A DNA stretch of 64,000 nucleotides from Pecten maximus (lineage: Eukaryota). The notes below the pieces were generated by a model. The model saw only the letters and a program-made list of their open reading frames with translations. It was not told where the DNA came from and made no database searches. This document shows, one piece after another, positions 13,094 through 26,782 of the stretch. Location: assembly GCF_902652985.1 (NCBI RefSeq), contig NC_047015.1:40672001-40736000 (forward strand), given 5' to 3'. The position numbers and the translations under genes were made by a program. Within the stretch, counting starts at the first letter, position 1; every line of letters starts with the position of its first letter.

Positions 13094-16000
13094 GTTAACT
13101 GACTTAATTTGTTTTCGATTTCATCTAATTTCTAAACTGACGATGTGCTGTCTTTACACAAAAAAAACTTTATTATTGACCATGCCGATCGCATATAACC
13201 TGTAGAAGTTGGACTCGTCGACCTACTGGCAATTCAACACCGACCGCTTTCTTCGATCTTTTCTTTTCTTGCAGCGTAACCAGCATGGACAGCTTTCTAA
13301 CTGAGCTGTGTATAATAATCTCATTTTCCCAGTTGATAATTTTCCATCTCTTGATAGAAACATGCCTGCTTCCTCTTCCAACGCTGTCCCAGTTGAATTT
13401 ATGTTCAAGGGATTGTTCCCATTACCGCAATTATCATAACAGACGTCGACTACTGACGGGAAAGTAACCAAAACAAGTTTTCCAGATATGCAGGTTGATG
13501 AAGACTAAAACAATTCCATTTGAAAACAATGTATTTTCTTGTACGGTATAACGTTAAACATTTTCGATGTTTGTTGAAATATTTACTGGTCTCGTTGTGA
13601 TCTTCCTACTTTTCATTTTGAGAATGAAACCTTACCCAGATTAATCTAGATTTGCATGTCGGCGGTTCTTGCTGAATCAGAAGATGCTTATTGTTCCGGA
13701 ACACCTGTTCCTATTCTCCTTGTATTTTGTCCATTTTGTTCATGCAAATCTAGATTATCTTGTTAGTATTTTGCCTTCGTTTTATCAATTTGAGTTAGAA
13801 TTACAACTTTGTTATTATGTCGGTAATATCAGTTGTTTATTTACGCATGCGACAAATTCATTTTCTTAGACCAAGACATGTAATAAGGTATAACATTGTG
13901 TTTTCGACCTGCTTAGCTGACTCAAATTCAATGTAACACAGTTTTTACACAAGTTGTTGATGTACTGCTAACATGGAATGCTGCCAGTCTAAATTTAAAG
14001 AAATCCAACAAAATAATGGATTTTTCATGAGATTGTAAATATTAGCCTAATATATTTAAAGCATTTTCGGCATATACAACATCACATATCTTGTACAAAA
14101 TAAGTCGAGTTTCAGGTTATTCTCAAGGGGGGAATGGAGGGTAGTGTCCGCCCGTCTGTCATGACATGTCGGACCATTTGTACACCATATTAGCATAACA
14201 TCAAGTTCTATACCTGATCATATATATGCTTGTAATCATCGGTCAGTGTTAAAGGTTAAATCTCGCATGTAACTACTTCTGAAGGGAACACAATATCATA
14301 CCTTGAACTCTTAATAGATTTGGTTCATATTGACACCATAGTGTCATAACATCACGGCCTTTACATAGAAGCAGATATTTACTAGTTGTATTTAATACAA
14401 ATCGTCGCGTTTTACTACACATAAAATGCACCAATAGTTACGATACCGATTTCACAGTTCCCCTATGACAAACATTTTCAAAAATCCATATAATCAGAAA
14501 AGTATATTCAGGATTTCATCATCAGCTGGAATGGCGTGATGCATTGTCAGAATGTTTGAGGAACCAGTACACGTAATTACAAATAGCTCTATACACCTTG
14601 TAATTTACTTGTCAATCAAAATCTAAGAAAATATCAACACACAAATGTACATAGCGGAGATCTTCCTCTACTGTTTACTTCTTTTATTTACATATATTTA
14701 TATAAGTAGTCACCATCACTAGCGCATCAAACCCACATCTCGGTACTACAATGTCATAAGATTAAGCTGAATGCAGCTGATTTGTAATGATTGGTTAGCT
14801 TTACTATTTCAGTCATGTACATGTATAATAGTTTTCTTAAACTCGGCATGTAGTACGTTCCATAGGCTGTTCTGATATGCAATGGAGCACCATTAAATGT
14901 TGTCTGTTCGTGATGTTTGAAGTGTTGTAGGATTATTTTGATCGAGTCACGATAGTTAAAATTTGTTTTAGTGTGATAATGTTCTAAAGTAGAAATATGT
15001 GGTAAACTTGTGATATTTTGATAAAACGATTAGAAAATATGGTGTTAAAAATTGCCTAATTACATTTCGATAATCATTTACGTGTAGCGATCTATTTCAC
15101 ATCCATTTAAATGGTTTTGCAACACAAAGAACATTTCAGAAACGATATGGAACGTCAGATTGTCTTTATTCTTAGTGACTAGTTAATGATGTGTAAATAA
15201 TCACCATTAATTAATCATTTTTTATCCAATGGTGATGTTACTTGTTGATGGTATCAGTTGCGTGATTTTATTTGAAAGTTTGAACATAAAAACTGTTTTT
15301 TATATACATGCACTGTAATAAAGGCGCTGTATTGTTACACATCAGACAATGGGCCCAAGGCGACAAGTAAGTACAATGGTGTCAGCTAAGTGCATTTCCC
15401 ACAATCTCTTTGGTGCAGTTGAGCAAAGTAATGACTTAATGTTATTTGCTGTTCCACAGATAAATAAAGGAAGGCATGCCATGCTAACGAACTGACACAA
15501 TACGATTGGTTTCCGTTATAACCGATATTTTTCAAATGTGAACAAATTTAACATGTTAATTGACCTAATGATTTATCTATAAGGAATCGCTAGAAGTCCT
15601 TTGGCGTGTGGGATGTTTGAACATTTACATTATCTTATTGATTTCTTGATAATGAAAAATAGAAACTCGAGCGTATGTTAAGATTATTGTCAATTGTGAT
15701 AAAAATTATATTTATGCTATTTCGATGTTGAGTTCTTCTGGCGCATTTTCAGTCTTAGGTTTTCCATTACTGCCACTAGTTCTTGATTGGTACACCAAAT
15801 GAGATTGGATCAGAAAACATGATGATTTATTATCCAAAATTACCAAAATAATAAGATATCCTCTTTCATCATTTAACATTTGTTTTGGTATATGATTTTA
15901 CTTTGGTCCAAACCAATCTCAAGGATTTCATTTTATCTCTTATTGTCACTGAATAGACCAACACCAACATAAAACTGTATAGTATAGGTTAATACTCATT

Positions 16001-18788
16001 TTTCGGTACACAATGTAAATCAGATTCCTATATTACTATGTTATCTACGATGTGTAAACTAGACGCTAGGATTGCCCCAGTTTGAGTTAACCATTATGCG
16101 ATGCTGTTCAAAAGATTCTAACATGAATTGCAGGAGAGTGATTTCATCTGATATTGTTACCGACTGCAACATCTATTACCATACTTTTATCGGTGACCAG
16201 TCCACATTAATGAATATGGCGTCATCATGATTTAGAGAAGACAGTTACGGTAATTTAGGGGGGAAAGTCTATTAGGCTACTTCTTTTTGTTGATAGAAAG
16301 CATCGGTAGAAAATGTAGGAGAACCAGGAATACAAAATAAAATAAAATATCTATAGTGCTTTCAAAGCCCGTATGAATATATGCAAAGCTACTGTAAATA
16401 GTGCCAATTAATTCCAAACGAAACCACGATCCTACATATTTGATGAATGAAAATGAAATTAATACACTTGAAGACACCACAAAGCGATTAAGACCACTGT
16501 ATCGCCATCGCTTCGTATTTATAACTCAGCGAGGAAACACCTTAGGCCTCGGGGAATGATGTCACAAAAGATTTTGGTGGAGAAACTGGGATCGTTGTTA
16601 CGCTATTCAAAGTAGAGCGGCGTCGGCGACTCGTCTCATTTACGTCACACCGAAATCTTCCATTTCAGTAACTCCAAGTTTTGTTATCTTGTTTTAAACG
16701 TGAAGAAAACAGAATAATTACAGTGTTTTATTATATACTCATAGTTTAGATATTGAATAAATAAAAAGCCGCATTAATCAAACATTAATATCCAAGTAAA
16801 TTTGTCAAATTTCGGAACTTGTAATAGACAGTGTTGTTGTGCTAAGCTGACGAAACAGTCGTCAATGTTGATCCTGTAGACATGATTATGGGGTATGGAT
16901 GAGTGAGAATCAATCAGTTAATTATACCCGTTAACGATACCCCTAGACCAATAGAAACCGATACATAGCAATTCCAATGTAATTTTCTATTTTGTTACAT
17001 CCTACAGAAAGTTTTTTCGTGTTCCTGATTAGAATGTCCCATTGTCGCCCTAAGGCACTAGCAGTAACAACATAATCCCCTCGGTGTTGTAAGTAACAAT
17101 AAAACCACACAATGGTTCCAGAATGATTGTCTATACAATATACTGGTTTTCCCATAATCTCAGCCTCAGGCTGTATTGTAGTTGAACAAGCAAAACGACT
17201 TTATGTTATAGGGGCGACCTTTCCACAACACATTTCCTATCCTATCGCTTTCTCAATTTGTTTGAAAGGAAAGTAGATTCTACAACCGAACATTTCGATT
17301 TTTTATATTGTATATAGCATTTGGCTTCGTATATCATTGACAAATACTAAACAAATGATCAGAAGCTATTGCGTATATACAGGGGATTAATAGGGTCTTT
17401 CCTCAGCTGGAAGATAGGACTGAGGAATCCTCACGCAAGAATCTTGTCTGTCAACCCTGAGGCTAGCGACAGGACAGCGAAATCTGCACACGATGATGGA
17501 ATTATTTACTGTCTGACACTAAGCTTTTCCGAGGGTATGACAGTCAAGCATCTTCTCGGAGGGTGGAGATTAACCTTTGTTTGCCTTCTTCGATATACAA
17601 TAATATCTATATTCAAGGCTTTAATAATAGTAATCAATAGAAGAAATGTACAAGAAAGGCAATTGAATAATATATTTAAACACGATTTTTTTTTTAAAGA
17701 TAGCGTATATTACGAATCATGAATATAAAGCTTTATCATATAGCACAAGAGAAGGTCTTAGACAAATAAACGGGCTTAAATTAATGCTAAAGTAAACTAA
17801 CCGATAGTGTTATCAATTATACTGTTTGAAAAAAAATTAGTATAATATTAAATGCTTCTTTTCAGAGCGCATGTTTATATTGTGATGACCAGTACCCTTT
17901 TGAATACAGATACCATTGCATGTAACATTATCTACATGTCGATATTCTAGCCGGGATTATTTACAAGAAGATAATTTATATACATATTGACCTCAATCTA
18001 AATGAATATTTGAATTCTAATATCGGTTGATATTGTGTATGATGATTCATAGCTTTGTTTTAACTTGACAATTAAATCATTTACCGTTTTTCGACAAATC
18101 TTGTTACTCGGCGAGTTTCAATATGGCGGTAAACTTTTGCGCGTTTAGCAAAGTAATCCAATTCGACGTGCTGTAAACAGGGGACTAAAACGGGGTAGTT
18201 TGGTGACATACTTATGACAAACGGGTTGTTGTATTATCTTTAATGATCATTGTACCTTGGACAAGTGAGGTTAGGCGGTACGAGTACGTACATATATATA
18301 GACCTTTCGGCTGCTCACCAATTTATTTGTCCATTCTAAACTTACAAAGGAATAACAAAATGTCTTATACTTCAGTGAAAGTAGACAGAAATTTCATGAA
18401 TAAGATTAGAAGAACATGGAATCGCCGAGATCTCGCGATTGTTTCTACATTAGGAAAACCCAGTCAATTCCTGCTGGCTGCCTTCTCACATAAGGCTCAG
18501 GCAATGACATGGAAGCACTAGATATGTGGTTCTTTCCACATCTACAGATGTCATCCACATGTTTCTGCCAAGAAAATAATTAATGATTTTCTGCCACTGT
18601 CTGTAACTAGTCCAATATGTAGACTGTTAGTGAAGACCTTGGAACTTGTAACGTTAATAAAACACACCAAACAGGAAGCTGAATGTTATAAACCTTGAGG
18701 TGTTTAGCAGCACCTAGTTTTTCTTCCATTCTATATCAGTAAACATGTCGTTCCTCTTTAGGTTTCTAGACCTGTAAACTGAACCACA

Positions 18789-19022
18789 GGCGTCTGTATC
18801 TGGTTAGTATTAACAAGGTGTAACACGTGAAGACCGAAGACAAAATATAATAGCAAGCGTTGTTACTTAAGGATTCTAAACCAGGGTAGGTTACGGAAGT
18901 ATGTGTGCATTTGATATTTCAGTCAGATTTTGAAATTCATAGTAAATCGACACTCGTCCCCTCTTCCGACTTTTCGAGTGTTACACCTTGTTTATATACT
19001 GGTAGTGGGAATAGCAGACGCC
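18789..19022. mobile_element. MITE-like inverted-repeat element
   Basis: AACAAGGTGTAACAC (18812) and GTGTTACACCTTGTT (ends 18992) form a perfect 15-bp inverted repeat. Outer arms are GGCGTCTG and CAGACGCC. Confidence 0.65.
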
Positions 19023-19251
19023 CGTGACTTACCATACGATATGCTCTTCAGTGACATCACTACCATCGCTCACGTGCGATTTAGATGACACGGAATCGCC
19101 TGGTCTGTGCTATTACCTGGCTCTAGTTAAACTAAACTAAATGGTGCCGCTGTAATCCTTAGTAGATATCTCTAAACGCTTGGTTAACTGGTTGCCCATA
19201 TAGACAAATGTAGTTTCCTTTCCGTTTCAAATGACGTCACACCGCTTCCAG

Positions 19252-19688
19252 TTTTTAGCTCACCGGTTACGAGTAACCAAGAGCTAATGCTGTCACCCCG
19301 TCGTCGGCGTCGGCGTCCCACCCCAAAACTTTAAAGTTTTTGGAAAGCGTATAAGTCCAAAAGTATACACCTCATACCCTTCTAATTTGATTTATACATT
19401 CATTAGAGGTCTAGGAGTGATGTTATGGCAAAATCATGCATTGCATTTTACCATTTAGTGGACTTTCATTTTTTGACACAAAAATCCACTTTAAAGATTT
19501 TTGGGGTTAGTTTTGGAAAGCTTGTAAGTCCACATCCTTCTTATTTGGTTTATACATCCATTAGAGGTCTAGGAGCGATATTATGTGACATACAATTTCA
19601 AAATGGCATGCTTATACATGCATAAAAAATGAATGCATAGTGCGATTGATGCCGCCGGTGAGCTTTCGCAATCATTGATTGAACTTGT
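19252..19688 (+). mobile_element. Non-autonomous Helentron-like element (HINE)
   Basis: T-run start, subterminal inverted repeats AGCTCACCGG (19257) and CCGGTGAGCT (19655), a (GTCGGC)n microsatellite, an internal duplication (TTTATACAT..ATTAGAGGTCTAGGAG x2) and a 3' hairpin CAATCATTGATTG. Confidence 0.8.
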
Positions 19689-19962
19689 ATATTGATAATC
19701 CACACGTACTCTTCATGTTTTGCAGCCTAACTTCAAATTGTTTTTATAGTTCTTCCGTTTTTCAAAATTGAATTTATTTAAACAATTGGTCTGTGATACG
19801 TTATTATCCCAAAATCTTGCAAAGATCCTGAAAAGGTAATTTTGGTTATTAAATATATAAATGTTGAAATAAGAAATGACACTAATAATTATAACATTTG
19901 ATCAGTGTACCAACGAAGTTCTAGATATTGATACCAACAACATCAATTTTTCATCAGTTTAA

Positions 19963-20253
19963 AGATGCTACATCGCCGATTGCGTATCTAGTGCATTTAA
20001 CAAAAATACATAAACGGCACCCATCGTTTAAAAATGATAACGCCCTTAAAGGAACTCTGTAATACCGAAGTTACATACAAAATATAGAGGCGGACCACGG
20101 TAGATTTTCCACGCGATACAATTAGTTATTAATTTTGGTCATTTCAAATTTAAAACATAAACAGAGATGCTTAAACCTTAGGAAGGTGTAAATGGCGTAA
20201 AGAATGTAGATTTCATTCTCTCGGTCATAAAACTCTTTGTCGGCGATGCATCT
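19963..20253. mobile_element. MITE with TTAA target duplication (Kolobok-like non-autonomous DNA transposon)
   Basis: TTAA|AGATGCTACATCGCCGA ... TCGGCGATGCATCT|TTAA: imperfect TIRs beginning with AG, with TTAA on both sides. Confidence 0.75.
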
Positions 20254-20643
20254 TTAAAGTCACAGGATCTCTCACGCCAAAAATGTACACTGTATGACAA
20301 ATTTTCAGTAAAAAATAACTCACAATGTGAATACATGAAATTTAGAAAAGTACCTTGTATATTTTTCTCTGTCATGATCGTAATTAAGGAGATATGTTCC
20401 AGCATCTCATTCTTATCTTACAGATAATAATTACCTGATTTGCAGCATGCAAAGATCGCATACCTCGCGTAACATTCATACATTTATATGAAAATAGGTT
20501 TATCAATAAAACAGATTATGTTTTGTGAGGAAATACTCTAGCTCATATGCCTTTAACAAAAAGCCATACCTTGTCGAGGGACAAGTATATTTAAACGTCA
20601 TATAGGTGGATAATACAATTAAATAATAATGATTATAAAACTG

Positions 20644-21006
20644 CATCATACAGCTGATTCATCCTTATAGGACTCGTCATTTATACTATGGACATCAGCA
20701 TCTACTTCGCCCTTCTAGGACTCGTAAGTGATACTTGGGACATCAAACAGCTGTTTCGTCTTTCTAGGATTCGTCAGTGAAGTTAAGGACACCATACAGC
20801 TGTTTTGTCCTTCAAGGACTTGTCAGTGATGCTAGGGACATAACTCTGCGGTTTGGTTCTTCTTGGTCTCCGTAGTGATGCAAGAACATCATACAGCTGT
20901 TACGTTCTTCTTGGAATCGTCAGTGATGCTAGTGACAAAATACAGCTGTTATGTCCCTCTATGTTCCGTCCGTGATGCTAGGGACACCATACAGCTCTTT
21001 CGTCCT
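20644..21006 (-). ncRNA. Tandem array (~7.5 x 49 bp) of degenerate minimal hammerhead ribozymes
   Basis: Units start at 20644, 20693, 20741, 20790, 20839, 20887, 20936 and 20985. The by-eye + consensus is CATCATACAGCTGTTTCGTCCTTCTAGGACTCGTCAGTGATGCTAGGGA. Its reverse complement, UCCCUAG CAUCA CUGACGA GUCC UAGAA GGAC GAAAC AGCU GUA UGAUG, reads as stem I, CUGANGA, stem II, GAAA, palindromic stem III, GUA cleavage triplet, stem I'. Each individual unit is mutated. Confidence 0.8.
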
Positions 21007-24000
21007 ATTGATAGGAGCGAAACGGATGGATATCCGGTATAGAAGCCAGGGAAATAAAAATAGGCATCAGGAAATGCCCACAAATGGACATGCATTAACC
21101 TCTGATTTTAATTAGTTTAGTACATTGTTGCTGTTAAACTTGGCCCCTTTTACCCTCTTGACTAATATGTGAAAATAAAGCTGGGCTAAAGTCAGACGTC
21201 TACTATAAAGTATTTTCTTTTAGCAGTCGTTGTAAGCTAGTTTATTCTTAGCGAATTGAACACTTAACGAAAAGAAAATACTTTATGCAAAGGTGGAAAC
21301 AAACAAAGCCAGGTGATGTCGTTTATACGTTACGGATTATACTCATTAACGTCCGTTAACATAACGTATCCCTTTCCTGAATAGTGACGATACAGATTTC
21401 AAATCCCGTTCTTCGTACAAATGCAATGCATGTCCTATTAGACCAATATAGAATATTCAAACTCCGTGATTCGTCGTAGTACAAAGGCAATATATGATTA
21501 TTCATAAACTCAGAAGCATAATTGGTTTCCTAACACATCTGGAGATGCTAAATAGTCTGAGTGGGCTATTGAGGGGATATCTCACTTGAGTGAACCAGGT
21601 CTGAAGTAGGACGAGTGTGCCTTGAGCGATGAATACAGACAGTGTGAATGAATCAAAATACAGTTATGTTGTACAAATTAACTTATTACAAGACATTATC
21701 GCAGTCGAATTATTGGATTGTTACCAAAAAGGTACGCCTAAATAATAGAGACAGCTTATACCCAACTCATTGAGGATGAGAGACTGCCATCTTATTCTAT
21801 CAAATGCTAATTGGTTCCTCACAAGTTTATAGCCAGACGATACGATCATTTCTTTCATGTACATGTCACGGTAAATGATGTGTAATTTTAAATGCAATTC
21901 ACTGAAGAATGGTCCTTTGAAACCCGCACCACTTAGCCAGGTAGTTTTCGCATTTTAGACATAGTACTCGGGTTATTTAATCAATAATTGAGCATTTTTC
22001 GTCTCTGATCAATGTCCGTTTTCAATCAGCAATGCATTATTAATAGGATATACTCCCTCCCGGCAGATCCTGGGCGAATGATAAGGAGATGATAAGGAAT
22101 TGTAGCAGTATAGATGTACTAATGGCCAAAGGTCACCTAGAGCAAATGTACTGTGCACATATATAGTTATGTATCTAATCATTTTATATTAATTGTATAT
22201 ACAAAACTTTCCATTTTCAAACAAAAATTTTATACATATAATCACAAAAACATCAGATCTTACAAGATGCGCGTGGTATAACTCTATCATTAGCGATGTA
22301 GCGATGTATCATGAGACATGTAGCGATACATGTGATGTATGCATTCAATGTTAATTTACCCATGGAAACATTGAAAAGAAACCTTATCCATAACTGGAGC
22401 AAAACATCACGTGGAAGAGCCTTATGTTCTCCTTTTCCAGTTTTGCAATTTCATTTGTCACAAACAGTGCACCGCATATTTATTATTTAGTATAGTACAA
22501 TAACGGGTCGAGCTGATGACGTATACTATATTGATGGCCTGTAGCACATGAAGCTGTGAAAAGATTTATTATTCCTTCGAGATATAAACAGATCTGAGAT
22601 ACCATATTTGTGCTTAAAGATTCATCCATGGATTTCGTTTTGTAGCTAAAGATGATTTTAAAGTACAAATAGTCTGCTGTTTCCAGACGGCCATACGAAT
22701 ATATATAATTTGCATGATGACAAGGAAGCCTAGTTTTTAGTTTTCTCCCTGGTGTGTGTAATGTATTTGTCCGATATTTTAACCGACAAATTGCTTCGAA
22801 GAATGTAACAAATTTCGCTATATGGCCTTTCGTTGTTATTCTCCGCTGTATATAAAACATATATTATTTCTTTCGAATGAAGCATGCAGCTGCGATACTG
22901 ATAATGTATTTTGAAAGCATACATAGCTTTTATTAGCGTTGAATAGAACAAAAAGGCACTCAACATATTCTGATATCGAGATATTTATTGACATTAATTT
23001 CTGTGGTTTCTTTTGTCATTTTTCTATTTTAACGATGCCTTCAAGGCGAGGAATACTTAGAGGTGATATCAGCACGAGCTAATCCTACGAAATGTCACAG
23101 CGTTGATACAATAACAGCGTGTTCATGAGGCACAATTGTGTTCTGAATGGCAAAGATTAAGTATAAACAGTAAACAGTCTCGAAAACAGCTGCCGGATCT
23201 TGTCGAGGAGATATTTTGCCGCCACCCCAGTGTTCCCAAACACATCAATCCTGTGCCCGAAGCAGATCAAACATTCGTTATAGAGACAGTTTCCGTTAGC
23301 CTGTTTTCTGGGCTTTATCACTTTAACGGCCTTGGACTTTTTCGATGTTGCCATAATACGAATTAGATCGCATAAAAAATAATTTCTGCAACACGTTTAA
23401 AAGCTGCAGTAAACAGAATTTTATTTCAAATGCCATCTCTCATGATTAAACACATTAAGTTCAATTTGGCTCATAACCATGGTGTCGGCACGCGCGGCAG
23501 GGTCTGAAGTCACACAATGGTTACTGTGTTCAGAAGTCAGCGAACGCACGCTGTGTCGGGTACGGTTATATATCAAGGGTTGTTATGATGACGGTAACAG
23601 GATACATTGATGTATTGTTAACTAAAGGAATACACTTTTTATAATTAAAGTATGTTTTACTGTCCTCTAGGTTTTGAGATAAGTTACGTATAACAACATT
23701 ATCCAATAATTTATGGGACAATCATAACGACACATTAAAAGCAGGATTCGTTTTATGATACTGAATATTAACACCCGCGATTGCTTCCTCCTTCTCCGGA
23801 TTTTTGTTTTATATTCAAGAATTGCAGTTATTGAATAGAATATATTTAAACGATTTAAACTTGACCGTGTCGCCCTGTATAATTATGATAAGATGTTTCC
23901 TGAACAGTCGCACTTCGTTGACCTGCCTGGTAAATCGATTTTCTAATCGTACATCACTTACATAAGAAAATGTTTTGAGCAGTTTTGTCTTCGATTTCAA

Positions 24001-26782
24001 CGTGTACATTATAAATGGACACGATGTAAAGGTCGGTCTCAGGCCGAAACTGTAAAGATTGAAAATAACATAAAAACACACAAGTGCACAGTACCAGTAA
24101 TATGATTTTTTGTAAAACCATATATTCTTTGTCAAGTGATGAATGAGCTATACAGCTGTTCCGTCGTTGTAGTGGCTAGAAAGAAGAAGAAAAACAGAAC
24201 ACGGACAATGAAGTCATAATTTAGAACTCAACGTCAATTAAAAGAGGGCAAATTATAATTAGAAATATAGATTTGCATGGTGCTCATGAAAACGTACAAA
24301 GAGAATACGACCTTGCGCTCCGCAAGATTACGAGTCCTCTGATTCAACGACGACACCCACCATACAAATGTAGGTTAACTCTGGATAAAGTCACTGTCGC
24401 AAATGAGAAATTGATAGTTATGGAACCACTAGGCATATCAACAAGTAACAAGCACGTCTGACTTCATATCACACCAGGCAATGACATATTTCCAAAATGA
24501 AAGCATGACGTCGCTGTTGAACGATCACCGGTATTCATAGGAACTCTGACGAGGCATATAGGGTAGAGGGAAACGTCGGGGACTAAACATTCACCAGAAG
24601 CGCCTATACCACTTAACGATTTCAAAGAAATGTACTAAACAGGTGAAAATCGCCTTTAAATATAAGTTTATAGAGTATGTGAAAAATTATAAACTGTTTT
24701 TATCGTTGAACTTTATATGAACTAGGTCTTTTCATTGATACTAAGGCTGAAAGTCTTGAAATAAAAGTTAAAGTCATGTGTGAAGGGGACCCTTATTCCA
24801 TATTGCAATTAATCATGTAAATAGGATTATTCGATAATTTTTAGATAACGCAAAATACGTGTGCTGAGTAATTTACATTAAAAAGGTTTCGTTGCTATTA
24901 TTGGAACATAACAGTTTTATTGTTTTAGAATTATAATGCTTGATTTTGGATGCTCAACTGAAGAGAATAAACCCCGGTTTTACAAATGTGCTAAAGCGAT
25001 CCAAGGGTTTTTATTGGTTTTGCCTAATGTTTCTCTGTTAGAAGGATTATATATTTTTCTGATACTTAAAATGTTGTTGATGTTACTTCCCTTATTTAAA
25101 ACCTCTTTTCTCACAACTGTTCTATCCTACAATGTGATCTCAACTACTCTTGAATGGCATGTAACTGACAATGACTGATGTTTGCTTCACTTAGTTTATA
25201 TATCCTGCCGTGATAGCTGGCCCGACCCTGTTATGGCCTGGCAGTGCCCCCGACAGTTTACGTGGTATTACAACCGTACATTACAGCTATCTCCAACACA
25301 TATCATTGTATACGGAGATGGAATTAGCACTGTAAAAAGCCTGCCTCAATTTATTATTAACAATGTGCGGTTTTATGCAATATACAAAATTACCCAGTAG
25401 TAAGATATAGATGGTCACGTGTTTACATAGAGTAATCTGTCCTCCTTGATGACTAGAGAAGAATTTACGTCATTTTAGATTCAAACGAGAATGGCTCTCT
25501 AGATAGCGCGTGTTGATTGATAATATAACCTGTGGGAATCGTTGTCTGAAAAAATATATGTCGATAGAATCCGAACATCACCATTATATGTGATTTACAC
25601 GTCACAGATAACCATCGTGTCTTCCGAATAACTACGGATTCCACTGGGCATGCGCAACAGACTTCGGTAACAAAGTAAATCACAACAGATTTGTGAATGA
25701 ACAACACAGTCATGAACTATTTCCGTGATTTAAAAGCAGACTTAATATATCTACATCTTAACTAATTTTACTTTAACTGGCATTATTGATTTCACCTTAT
25801 TACATTTAAGTAATTGCGAGTTTAAATTTTAAACGTTGCACAGACACTGATAAAATCATTTCCCTAGATATGGAAGTGGAGTACCCCTAGATTTTATTGT
25901 TTAATGTATGTTTTTGTCGATTGTCTTTAACAATTACATACAGATATACAATTAGCACTGTGACATGTTGGAATTATGTTAGTTTTCTATCATTTTCGCG
26001 TACTGTTTCCTAAATATATGTGCGTGTGTATCTGATGAATAGCAATATCGTTGTTATGTTTTATACTTCCCAAAGATGTAGTAATCATCTAAAAGTCCAT
26101 ATGACATTTTTTATAAACTACAATCGTATTTCCTCATCTAAATGTTCGTCGTTGCTCTGACGTTTTCGTACATTAATCTTTTCGGCTAGCTCTATTGTTT
26201 TAACGAACAAGAGAATTGGTTTTACTAAACTCTCTATCACGTTAGTACATCTGATCTGAGGGCAGATTATATCATTTGTTCAGATGGTGTTTCGAGTACT
26301 CTTAGATAGGCTAATAACTAGTTACCTATCTCTCCGAGAAATAAACCTAGCTAAAGACGATCTCACTGGGACATTTACCAGCACCTATCAGGAAGCTAGA
26401 TATTTGCCAATAAACAACTACATAAAAACTGTCGAACTGGACGATTGCGTGAACAAAAGGGGGCTATCAATTAAAGTCATTTGCGTGTAGTATACTATTC
26501 AAATATTTGTTGTTGGCTCATAGAAAAATTCAGGATTAAAATAGAGATGCACAATGAAAATTATATTGTTAAAGTTCATAACGATTGTCTTTGCACTTGT
26601 CGAATAGAAGCCACTCCACTTTCGAACATAGACTTCTAGTTTCTTAGAAAAAGTTGCTTAAAGCAATTCATTTGACGTAATGTTTATTCCCAAGGAGTTG
26701 ATAAAAATAAAAACGCCACGATCAATGGATGCGTCGTCAATATAAGCCCATATATAGTAAGAAACAAGATATAACAAGAAAT

